Shown piece after piece: positions 41,401 through 51,513 of a DNA stretch of 64,000 nucleotides; positions within the stretch are counted from its first letter, which is position 1, and the number at the start of each line of letters is the position of its first letter. Both the position numbers and the translations under genes were made by a program. Source of the DNA: Amphiscolops sp. MND2022 (lineage: Eukaryota); contig OZ076409.1 of assembly GCA_964187785.1 (NCBI GenBank), forward strand, positions 90,708,001-90,772,000, read 5' to 3'. The notes under the pieces were generated by a model. It saw only the letters and a list, made by a program, of their open reading frames with translations, searched no databases and was not told the origin of the DNA.

Positions 41401-43834
41401 GTCGACAATACTGATGAAATGTATTTCTGTTACACTTTTCATCATAGACTCACTTTAAATTTAACAGTATTATCGAGCAAAGAAAGGTTTTCGAATGTTT
41501 CAGTTTGCATGCGCACTAACTTTGAAAGAAAACATTTCAACAACAGGAGCCGAAAACAAAGTCTCGTCTGAGAAATCTCCGCTGAAGTCGCCTTTAATCG
41601 GATCAAAGTTGTGATGTTTCAAGGCAAAGTTCTGGCCGTTGAGCAAACACGGAATTATTTTGGCCGGCTCTTCCTCGCTTTCGTTCACTTCATTGGCGAA
41701 TTTGACAGTCTCCCACGTTACTTGACTCATCAAGTGCCATTCTTTGCCAATTGAACATAAACCGAAACTAAAGTAAGTAAAAACGTTTTCATCCTCGCGA
41801 AGTTACCTCAATTTGATCAGGTCTGTATGTCTTCACCTTCTCCAGAGTCTTTCAGAAATTTTGTGTCAAAACTATCTTCAAATTTTAAGAAATTGGTCAA
41901 ATTTAACAAGCGTGTTTTTTCAAGGTTTTAGAGAAACATTGGAACTTTTGATTGATGTTGATTTTTTGCTTCACTCAATTTTGTTGTTAGGTGGAAATTT
42001 CACTTTTTCGCACTTAAGTGGCCTCTTTCCGGCCATGAACCAACTTATTCAATATTCGTAAGCGATTACAGCTGTGTGAAGATCAGAATTTGAGGTCATT
42101 TCCAGCACCTAATGTGAATAAACTTTTAATGTATCGGAAGCAAAAGTTCCATATAATGTTGAGATAGAGATAGACCGAGAAAATTCTTGAACTTTCCGTG
42201 AAGTAGGCTGAGTTGTTCGAAATTCGAACACCTTTTTGTTTTTTGATGAAAATATATCTGAAAAAAATGTATTTTGAAAAATATTTTAAAAGTTCACCTA
42301 CGAAGAATAATCACGTTTTGGAATATATATCAGAGAAACAAACAAATATTTGAAAATATTTGGAAAAAGTTCTAAAAACACTGAATTTCGCTGTAAAAAT
42401 TACTGTTTTCGGAAAGAGATGGGATCCTTCTGTTGCGAAAAGCTAAGGTTGAGAGTATGGAATGGTGCGATTTATCCCATGATTTTTTCTGATTGATAAG
42501 TTAGCACCGAGTTTCTTTTCAATATTTCCTCAAGTCGAACGATGCAAATTTTATGAGTTTTGTAACATTTCTGCATTTTTTGTACCATTTTTAGAATCTT
42601 GTAAGAGTGAGAGTCAAATAATGAATTTTCTTTCAAGAGTTTTTATGAGAATTTTGTAAAAAAATATGAATTTTTCAACTAGGGATTTTTCAAGTAAGAT
42701 TACCTGTTTATTCACAGAACTGCAATTTCAGAAACTAACTGGCTGTTAAGTGGATGAAAATTTTGCAAGTTTGGAGTTTCTTTTGTCGTTATGACGTCAC
42801 TGGTTCCCAATGTCAGATCCAATTGCAGAAGTGTGTTGCCTTTCTCGGGGCACAGAATCAACTTGTTTTGCTGCGTGTTCAGAACTGTCGTTTTGAATGA
42901 CATGTCTAAGAACAATTGAAACATCAATTTCAGTAACCAGTCCTCAAATCCTTGAATACAATTGAAACGTTCAAAAAATTAAATTTGTATCTTTCAGATT
43001 TAGTTTTGAGCTTTTGTTGTTTTTCGGGAAAACTTCATTTGACCCAAGCAAGTCTTTTAAAAAGCAAACAGAATCACCAAGTATTTTTGATAACTTGGAC
43101 CATGTCATCTATTCCCCCCCCAAGTACACCTTGTTGGGATACACCTCATTTACCCCCCAACACGAAAGCACATTTTGTACTTGTTGAATAAAAATATTTC
43201 ACTAACAAGAGAATATTATATGAATGTAAATACTTAGAGGATTGTCTCTACAACTGTTTGGACACTTCAGGCAAAAAAATACCATAATTTTATGATATTA
43301 TTGTCCAAAATAGCAGAAATTCACGTTTGGAACAAGCTAAAATCGTTTAAAAGGCCCCTATTTCAGCGCAAATTTTGTCCGCTATAAAATCTAATGAGCA
43401 ACTTTTAACTGACAGTCATTGTAATGAATAGGATTATGTCAACATCAATTATTTGATTGGACCAAACTTTCAACGCAAACGATGTCGACATAATGGTATT
43501 TGAACCTTCTGTTTTATTTTCCCCCGCCGCAGTTTGGAGGGGGGGAATAAATGACATGGTCCCTTGTCTGTGAACTTTTTCAAGAAATTTATTGACAATA
43601 TTAACCGCTGGGACCAAAACTAATCTCAGCAACCGGTTGAATGACTCCATCTTTCCTCACAATGGCGACATTTTGTTGGGCGTCGAGGCAGTTTATATGC
43701 AGCTGAGGAGTGGTGCTTCTATGGAACCACACAAAACTGTCCGCTCTCATCTTTTCTGAAACCAACAAAATTGAGGTTTTGGACCCGAAAACTGGTATTA
43801 AATGGAGCTTCCGCAATTTATTCTTAAGTTTCAA
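23420..43834 (-). CDS. Host multi-exon gene, product unknown (outer limits uncertain)
   Basis: Phase-compatible GT-AG exon chain 33874-33466, 33348-33245, 32921-32745, 31224-31032, 29208-28863; further exon-like minus-strand ORFs near 43405-43834, 42712-42927, 41500-41733, 27172-27423, 26487-26912, 24363-24566 and 23420-23887 were not rigorously linked. Confidence 0.6.
25960..26093. repeat. Interspersed repeat, inverted copy at ~42025-42150
   Basis: CATTAGGTGCTGGAAATGACCTC...AATATTGAATAAGTTGGTTCATG matches the reverse complement of 42025-42115. Confidence 0.75.
26119..26258. mobile_element. 140-bp MITE
   Basis: TIRs CCCGGGTCGACCCTC / GAGGGTCAACCCGGG (1 mismatch), flanked by TA on both sides, internal AAGATCTT palindromes. 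Confidence 0.75.
31386..32171. mobile_element. MITE-like element with ~31-bp TIRs and subterminal TCTTGCAAG arrays
   Basis: CCCTGGTCGAGAAAAAATGCGTTCCTTGCAA at 31386 is inverted at ~32142-32171; TG flanks both ends; ~29-bp tandem units at 31430-31580. Confidence 0.65.
34686..34899 (+). repeat. 5' LTR of element C
   Basis: Direct repeat of 40334-40547. Confidence 0.96.
34953..40308 (+). pseudogene. gag-pol: gag-pol of element C, fragmented
   Basis: Gag CCHC (CNNCVKKGHYARVC), protease IDTGS, RT, RNase H, integrase remnants at ~38700-39300 (HFGHSG, CTAC, DFTG, SDKS); stop at 35886, shifts near 36390, 36800 and 38600-39200. Confidence 0.92.
40334..40547 (+). repeat. 3' LTR of element C
   Basis: Direct repeat of 34686-34899. 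Confidence 0.96.
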
Positions 43835-44156
43835 TATTCTTGCAGAACAACCATGAAGTGTGTAAGAACGTTAGTTTCCTTTATTTGGATATTTACCCCA
43901 CTTCCGAATCCAACGTCAACTTCTTCACGAAGGTGCCCAACTGGGATACTATTTCACCATGGAAAGCTACAGAACGGTATTTGCTAGCGAGAAGGAACAA
44001 GGCAAAATGGAAATAACGTCTAAAGCCATGTCATTCTCATCTCAAACCTTAAAACATTGAGTTTTACACGTTATTCCTCTAACCGTTACTCCATAAATGC
44101 TCCTAAGGGTTATTTCTTGAATTTGCACCCGTAGATTATTCCACAGTCAGAACGAT

Positions 44157-44538
44157 TGTTACGACTATTTATCGGGGTGGTTTTACGAGTAGTCGCAGTG
44201 GTTTTAGTTTTTATTGGTGTTGATGTCGCATTTTCCGGGATGTTCTCGGGATCAGAATCAGTTTCTTCGGATGCTCTGGCTTCAGCATGCTTTTTAGTTA
44301 CTGGGGCTATTAGTTTTAACATTTCCTTTTGGTTCTCAGCTAAGATCTTAGTGAGGTCAGACATGATTTCTTTTCTCAGCACAGATTTTATATTCTCTAA
44401 ACTGTCAGTAGTGACTTTAGGAGATTTGCTTGTACCTACTATAGGATTTTCGCCCGTAGTATTTTCGAGTAGAGGAGTTTCTATTTCAGTTGAAATAAGC
44501 TCTTCAGCTGCTTTTCTCTTTTGGCTTCTAGTAGTCAT
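44157..44538 (-). CDS. gag: gag N-terminal 127 codons duplicated inside the 3' LTR of D
   Basis: ORF 44110-44538 matches the gag N-terminus up to ...PINSRN, then runs into flanking DNA. Confidence 0.85.
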
Positions 44539-46332
44539 TTTCAGAGTTCAAGAACAAGGTCTTCGGAAAATATTTGAATTCGTCGAAGAATGAGTTTTCG
44601 TTATTATAACGGAACAAAATTGATCGCAGTGAAACAAAAGGGTTGATTGATTTTTACATGAGATTTCTAACTATATATACCCTCTCAGCATCATTTGTTC
44701 CTCACCTAAAAATTCCTAGGAATCCCTAAAATCCGTTTTGTTCATAAAAAATGCTTAATCATTCATATCATTTCAGCCTTTCAATTAATTGTTCATAATT
44801 TAAAATTCCTAGTTACGGCAATCTTACGGAGTACTTGTTGAAGTCATTTTTGTTCAGTTGTCCCGTTTCCGGTTTAATCACGGAAAAGGCGGCAAAATAA
44901 AAGTCTAGTTAGATTTTCATCGCAAGAGGCACGCTGGCGTGAACGATGATTCAGTTTGCGTGCGATGAAATTTTCAACTCGCTATAAAAATGATGACAAG
45001 CAAAATTTGCTACGGAAATATCTCGGACTAATTTCGGATTAATGAAGTGAGATATTTGACAAGGAACAAGTGATGCTGAAAAGGTGATAAACATAAACAA
45101 GAATTCTGATTATTGAAGAAACATTCTGATTATTGAAGAAACAAGAATATCTGGCAACATGACAGAAACATCTAACAATATTTTACATGATTCGATTTTA
45201 TAGCGAATAATCAAAATAACAAAATATTGCATTACATCCAGTAACGTTATACCAACGTAGCAAAATTAGGTGACTTCTTTTGCGAAAATATAATACAAAG
45301 CTCCTTCATTAAGTGATTTACCTTTATCTTAACTAACAGCACGAACATTCTAATCTAATCACTAAACGGGGAGAATCCGGGTGGAAAAAGTAAAGCCTTA
45401 TGATAATTTAAATATCTCAAAATAATTCTACATGACCTCAGGAACATCCTAATGTATTTGGATAGCTTCTGAGTTTTAGAATTTTCCACGCTTGTCTTAC
45501 ATGTATTAACATTAGGTATAACTTCACCTATTACAACTCACTCCGTAAACGCTCCGTAAATGCTCCCTACGTATTAAGATTGGCTATAATTTTCTCGGCT
45601 TACAATTTGTTCCGTAAGCACTCCGTACATATTAAGATTGAGTATAGCTTTCTTAGCTGTTAGCGGAGCAAGCTCGGAGTAATTCGCCATCTTTAAATTC
45701 ATTCTTAATGACGTCATTAGGAATGGTTCTAACTAGCTTGAGCGCAAATTTGCTGGTATTAGCTACAACGCTATTGGTCCGTAAGTTAGAAATACCAGCA
45801 ACTTAGATATTTGAGTGACGCTGTCATAACGTTGTAAAAGTTTATTCAAATTACTTGACTGTATTTTGAGTGGCTTTTTACAACTACTTCAAACTCTGAA
45901 AACAAATCTCCTTAACAGTTTCTATGTTCTTTTCATTTTAGATTGTATGCGTTCCGTTGGGATCACGGAATTAGATAATGTTTTAATGTTTTCTTTTTAG
46001 TGTGGAAAGGAGAAAAATTGATCCCAATGTTAGGAATGTTTTCATCTTTAGTATTTAGATTGTCATGGAATTTTCAACAGTTAAAACCGGAAGTAAATTA
46101 AACTGTTGCATGTGAAAACATTGGACCGGAAATTCTATTTGTCAGAAATCATTTTTGGATATTTTACGTTACATTTCCGCTCAACTTAACTCGTGCTGCG
46201 GTTTAGATAAAGGTAAGATTTAAAAGTGTTTATTACTTTAGTGTCCCGCTGGTCTTCCGTGACCTCTCCCTCTAGCGAATTTGGGTATTCCCCCACAGCA
46301 GGTAAAATCCCGACCGGGAGCGGGTCGTGACA
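44157..46332 (-). repeat. 3' LTR of element D (inner boundary 46332 or ~46264)
   Basis: Outer end exact (similarity to the 57752 copy stops at 44157). Inner end: TGTCACGAC at 46332 is an 8/9 inverted match to the terminus; alternatively purine tract AGAGGGAGAG ends at ~46264. Confidence 0.6.
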
Positions 46333-46966
46333 GGGCACCTCTATAGCCTGTTTCCCACGGTCTGGGGCAATTAGGAATCTCCCTCGTGATGAGCACGGGT
46401 TGCTTCCGCGTCCTTGCCAGCCTGGCTGAGGTGAATCTCGTCCCACGTCCGCACAACGGGCTGTATTCCAGGCTGCTTTGTAGATCTATGCCGTATGCGT
46501 TTTCGATTTCTTCTACTGCTGGCTCCATCAAGTCGTCGAGTTTGTCGGCTTTTGCAGGCGGTCCATTGTACTGAAGCTCTTTGTTAGACACGTCTCGTAA
46601 TACTGGGGCGGGCTGCAGCGGCGGTAGTTGACGGGGAGTATCCGGCTCTTCTAAGTAGCTTTCTTCAGACGTTTCAGTACTATGCCCTTCCACTATGAAA
46701 CCTTCGCCAGGGCTTGTAGTGCCGAAGTTTATTTTTCTCGGTGAACCGATAGTCTCAAATGTAGACGCTGAGATGCCGGATAAATTTAGACTATTGATAG
46801 AGTCCATCATCTCTTCTGCGCTGCCTTTTGTAGCTTCTAAGGAGGCTTCGGAGAGGTTCAGAACTGTGATCCCATTTAGTGGGAGGGTTTTGATGGGTGT
46901 GCTTTGCCTGACTTCGTTTTCTTCTTCATCAGAAGAGATATCAATTACGAGTTCGTAATTGCTCAT
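46238..46966 (-). CDS. Extra sense-strand ORF of D (242 aa, acidic/Ser-rich, likely disordered) overlapping the LTR start
   Basis: ATG-initiated ORF, same protein in both copies; N-terminal LVIDISSDEEE resembles a SUMO-interacting motif; divergent from the antisense gene across a CCAAT-containing spacer. Confidence 0.55.
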   Translation of the reverse strand: MSNYELVIDISSDEEENEVRQSTPIKTLPLNGITVLNLSEASLEATKGSAEEMMDSINSLNLSGISASTFETIGSPRKINFGTTSPGEGFIVEGHSTETSEESYLEEPDTPRQLPPLQPAPVLRDVSNKELQYNGPPAKADKLDDLMEPAVEEIENAYGIDLQSSLEYSPLCGRGTRFTSARLARTRKQPVLITREIPNCPRPWETGYRGALSRPAPGRDFTCCGGIPKFARGRGHGRPAGH

Positions 46967-47427
46967 TTTTGAATTTTGAAGATTTCAGCTAACTTAACTT
47001 CACGTTTGGGATGCGGCAAATGAAAAGGTCAACTTCCTTTTCGTTCGTAATTTTCCTGCATTCCTATTGGCTGTTATTTTTCTTTTATTCCGGTTCGTTT
47101 TTCTTCGGAAACGTTTCGTTTCCATCTGCGCTGTGATTGGCTGAACCGATATAAATAAAGTTTCTAATTTTGAACTTCATCATGGCGTCACCAATTTTTT
47201 TCCGGAGATTGTCCGTATGACGTCATTGATGCTTCTTTAGGGGAACTACGTTTATACTCCGTAATTCCAAAATGATTTTTCTTTAAGTCTTTTGAGAATC
47301 TCCTTGTAGGTTTTGATTCGCCCGTAGGATTTTGGGGACGTTTCGTTCCTTTAGGGGGTTTGCGTTCACCTCGCGTAATCTTCTCTTTCCTGATCGTTTC
47401 TTTTTATTTTTAGATTGCCGTTGAATC
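46967..47427. promoter_or_regulatory. Putative internal bidirectional promoter of D
   Basis: Two ATTGGCTG (inverted CCAAT) boxes near 47066 and 47136, TATAAA near 47150, TGACGTCA at 47218, lying between divergent ATGs. Confidence 0.4.
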
Positions 47428-50400
47428 ATGGATGAAGGAAGTGTGCGTCCCCCCATTCCACCTGGTGGTTTCATCAGTGGGAACGAAACGGTTTATGGAC
47501 ATTCTGAGTGCGAATTGGGCGAGTCTGACATAGAGTTTGTTCGGGCTACTTCAGGTTGGTAAAATCTTTCTGATTTCCATGGGTATTGGGACTTGTTATT
47601 TTGGTGATCAGCCTTTGTAGTCCTACCCGTAACTCTGACGCGTCTGAATCCAGATTCTGATTTTCAGTAGCTCAACCTGGTACAACGTCTGTTGTTGCTG
47701 CTTCTGCAACTACCGCAGTAGTGACGTCTTGTTCTGGATCATTGTTGCCCGCAGTTTCCTCTATCTTGCCTGTTATTCCCAATGCTGTTATCAACGACAT
47801 ATTAACGTCTACTCTCGGACAGGCTGAACTTGCATCTTCTCCGGCAGTAAATGTTCTCCCTCCTGAGGGTGAGGCTAGTGGGTCTAAAAGTGTGCCTACA
47901 GTAGATGCCGGAGACTCCGACGATGATTCGGATGGGGATGATTCCAGTATTGAGTCCCATGGAGGTGGGACTGTTACCCCCACCAGGAAGAAAGGTTAAC
48001 ATGGTTGACATAATTTTCTTGGTGTTTGTTTTGTGGTGAGTGGTTTTTACGCTTTGGGTGTCGTTTGCAGGGAAGACTGGTGTATCACGGGGTATGTCCG
48101 TTAGCTTTGGAGTCAGTCCTACGTGTGCCAAGAGAGTGGAGGAAAGTTCTGATGGCGTTGAACTGGCTGCGGATCTGAAGGAGTGGTTGAGTTAGTTGGC
48201 CTTTGTATTTGTATAATGGGGGAGAGGTGTTTTTTTTTCTTATTTTTTATGATTGTGTATTGATAGGTCAAGATGACACCGGAGGTACTACGTTTGGGCC
48301 GCAGGATTGGGTAGCATTGGGTCGCCAGTTAGTGAACGAGGTGGAAACACGCACTTCTGAGGCTATCCAAAGTGGTAAGTTCTTCTTATTATATGGCGGG
48401 CGTTGTGTAGTATTAGTTATCTCTATGGTGGTGGCCTTTACTTGATATTTTTCATGGTGTTGTTATAGGATTTCGGGATCTGTCCGCAAAGTTGAGTCCT
48501 AAGAAGCGCAAGTACAGTAAGCGGAATCTTCTGAGTCGACGGATGCTTGACGAACATCCTACATTCAATGACTTCGTGACTGGTGCCAAAAGTGGGTCAG
48601 ATGAGTACTTCTTCTGTCGGATGTGCAAGCGAGACGTTGCCATACGTGCTCACGGGGTGTCCGAGATCATCCGTCATTTCGGGTCAGTTGGACATTGGCG
48701 GCGTGATGTTACGTACAGGGTACATATGGATCTGCCTGTGTATAACAAGATTCTGGAGCCAATGATTCTCACCGAAACACAGTTGGCTGACTATCGTGCG
48801 CGGCCTTTTGAAGATCTTGGTGTGGAATTTCCTTTCCCTGAGGATTTGTTGAAGCATTCACATCCAAACTCAAAAGTGCCTTTGATGACCCTAGTGTCAA
48901 GTGTTTGTGAACTGGTTGGCACGGGTGGCGACTTTGTCTTGTTGCGACATCTCTGGGGCCACTTCACGTCTTCGTTGGGCTTCCGGGAGCCTCAATTCTC
49001 GATGAATTGGAGCCGCTCTGAGACTGTGGTTAGTCTGGTTTATGGTTGTTTCATAGACTGTTGTTTTGTGTTTTTATCTTTCCTCTGATTGTATGACTGA
49101 CTGCTTTAGTGTTTGTATCAGCAAATTGGCCTATTTGGTGTGTGTTTTAGGCCCTCCTTTGTCAGGGTCTCGCTCCGCGGGCATTGCGTGCCGTACTGGG
49201 CAATGTGTCTTTGTCACGTGAATACAGTGTGGAGTTTGTAAAGCGCGATGGTCTCGAGTGTTGCTACGTAGTCTACTGGGAGGATGAGAATTTCAAAAGG
49301 ATCTGCGTGGATCAACAGCCGTTGGACCAGAAATTCCCTGATGCTGAGTTGGTTCCTCTTGCTCGGGTCCTGTGTAGTTTGACTGATGGGCCTCTGCCAA
49401 TTTCGATCCGTGGTTGTAGTCCGTTGTTATTCCGCGAGCTGTGTGAAAGCCGGGACGATACTCGCCAATTTGTGGTTGTGTCCACTTTCAGCAGCGATGT
49501 CTTTCTCCAGTGCTTTCGCCAAGCGCATCAGGATGTATTCGGGATGGTGGAGTTGGTCACATTGGTCGAATACATTGTGGTTCGGATGAAGAGTGCCATG
49601 TACGAGGAGTGGACGGAGGACAAGGTTGTCTTGCGCCGGTGTATCACCAAAGGAGTTGTGGCTTTTGAAGATCTTCGCGATTTAGTGGGCGAGTTGATCG
49701 AGCTGTGGCCATCGATAAAGCCGTATATTCGTTGTACCGGGCTTCCTCATGCTAAAGATACTGCTGATAAAGTAAGTTGGATATTCATAAATTCTCTTGG
49801 TATTGTGTGTTTCGTTATTTTGATGGCGGTGATTTTGTTTTTTTTAGCTGAAAGGCACTGATTGGAACATCATTGCTGATGAGATGTTTTTTCATCGTCT
49901 CGGGCTTTTACGTCTGATACTTGATACATGTGAGTAAGGGCTATTGAGTTCCGTTTGATATTCGTGATGATTGATTGTGCTTGTGTTGACTGAAGATTCA
50001 CCTGATGGATTGTTCTTGTAGCCTTTGCGTTTTCGTTGAATTGTGAGTATGTCTTGGAGTCGTAGCAGTTGGTTAGTGTCATTTGTGTTTTAGTCTATAA
50101 CAATTTCACGAAGTTGCGACAGACCCGTAGAGATTACAGTTTTCATTCATACGGAGAGCTCTGTAATTTCGTGTATTGCCTTTTGCTGAAGACTCGCGCT
50201 GTTGGAACTCTTCCGGGCATTCACGAGTGGGAAAAATATATGTCGGCTGAGGCGATTTCATCTTTTCCCGTAGTGGCTCCAGACGCTTTCTTGGCAAATG
50301 ATGAATTCGGAAAAACTTTGATGGTTAGAACGACCGGAGAGCTGCCAGAGTTTCGTTCACGATGTCGACAGTTTCTGGACAGGTTGATCGTCGTGATTGT

Positions 50401-51340
50401 TGGTAGTGTGAGTGTGACATCGGGAGTGTCACGTTGTCTATACAGTTTCTGCCCTGAGATCTTGTTCGAAGGCGACGACCATGGTGTATTTGCCTTGTTT
50501 GCAGATTTGTGCCGTTTATTGAAGACGTGTAATTTGATAACTGCTGAGGAGTCCCGCTGTGCTGTGGACGAGTTTAGCAGTTATGTGATTGAGAAGCGGG
50601 GTCAGCACCGTAGTTCCGGGCAGTCTGCTAGCAGTGTCAAAGATATAGTGGAGTATTTGTTGGGCGATTTTAGTTTTCAGTCTCGAGAGCGTTTGATGCG
50701 TATCTTTAAGCTCTGTTGTTTGACGATCGAGACCCTGGATGTGGTTTATCCATCTGTATCTATCAGCCTCAGTGGTAGTTCACTGCGTGAGGACGCGTTG
50801 CAGAATTGTATCAAGTTGGTGCAGTCATATGTGTTAAGTCCTGGTTACTGTCATCAACGTTTCTTCACCGGTCAGACTATGGATGCAGTTCGAGCCGCTG
50901 TAGATGAAGCTGGGGTTTTCTTTGTGTGTGGTGAGATCAATTTGTGGAAGGATTTCGTGGGCCCAACGTATGACTCGTTTGTTTCTTCCCACAATGAGTC
51001 GTGTCACAAATTGTTGTTGCAGCGCCGGAAAGAGTACGAGGCGCATTATGTTGATTGTAATAAGACCAACCGGCTGGCTCGTATGGACCAATGTACTAGA
51101 ACTGCTAGTAGTGATGCTGGGAGTGGGCGTTCGGGGTCATCTAAGCTTTCTTGTGGTTTATCTGTTGGAAAGAGTGCTGCGACCACTTCTGATGCGAAGA
51201 GACCTAAGCCGACACGTGAAGTGCCTGTAGTACCGCAGAAGGGTGGTGCCAGAGAAGTGAAAAAGCCGAAGAAAGGGAGCAAGAAAAATGATAAAGATCC
51301 GGACGTAGTCCATAAATTGAAAAAGCCTTCTAATAAGTGA
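47428..51340 (+). CDS. Antisense spliced gene of element D: NLS + CCHH zinc finger + hAT-transposase-like body, ~1063 aa, intact
   Basis: GT-AG exons 47428-47554, 47668-47994, 48071-48190, 48267-48374, 48469-49028, 49151-49771, 49848-49929, 50094-51340 total 3192 nt with no stop (optional 21-nt microexon 50022-50042); PKKRK; CRMC-x16-H-x5-H. Confidence 0.85.
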
Positions 51341-51513
51341 TGTAAACTGTGATGCTATTTCATCGATGGATAGTTTCCTTTGTATATTGTTTTATCTGCT
51401 GTTGTATCTTTGGCTAATGTGTAGCTTTCGTTTGTTTTACGTAGTTTTAGAGATCTGATGCAAAAATTTAACGTAGCTACTCCGGTTCGGTTTAGCCCGT
51501 TGAGTGTTTTCAT

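Noticed and set aside
46238..51340. env gene in the post-pol position
   Set aside because: No signal peptide, furin site or transmembrane anchor; hydrophobic tails of the raw ORFs are intron read-through.
47428..51340. Simple nested autonomous hAT transposon
   Set aside because: No TIRs or 8-bp TSD seen, catalytic motifs not found, and a homolog sits at the same position in diverged element A.
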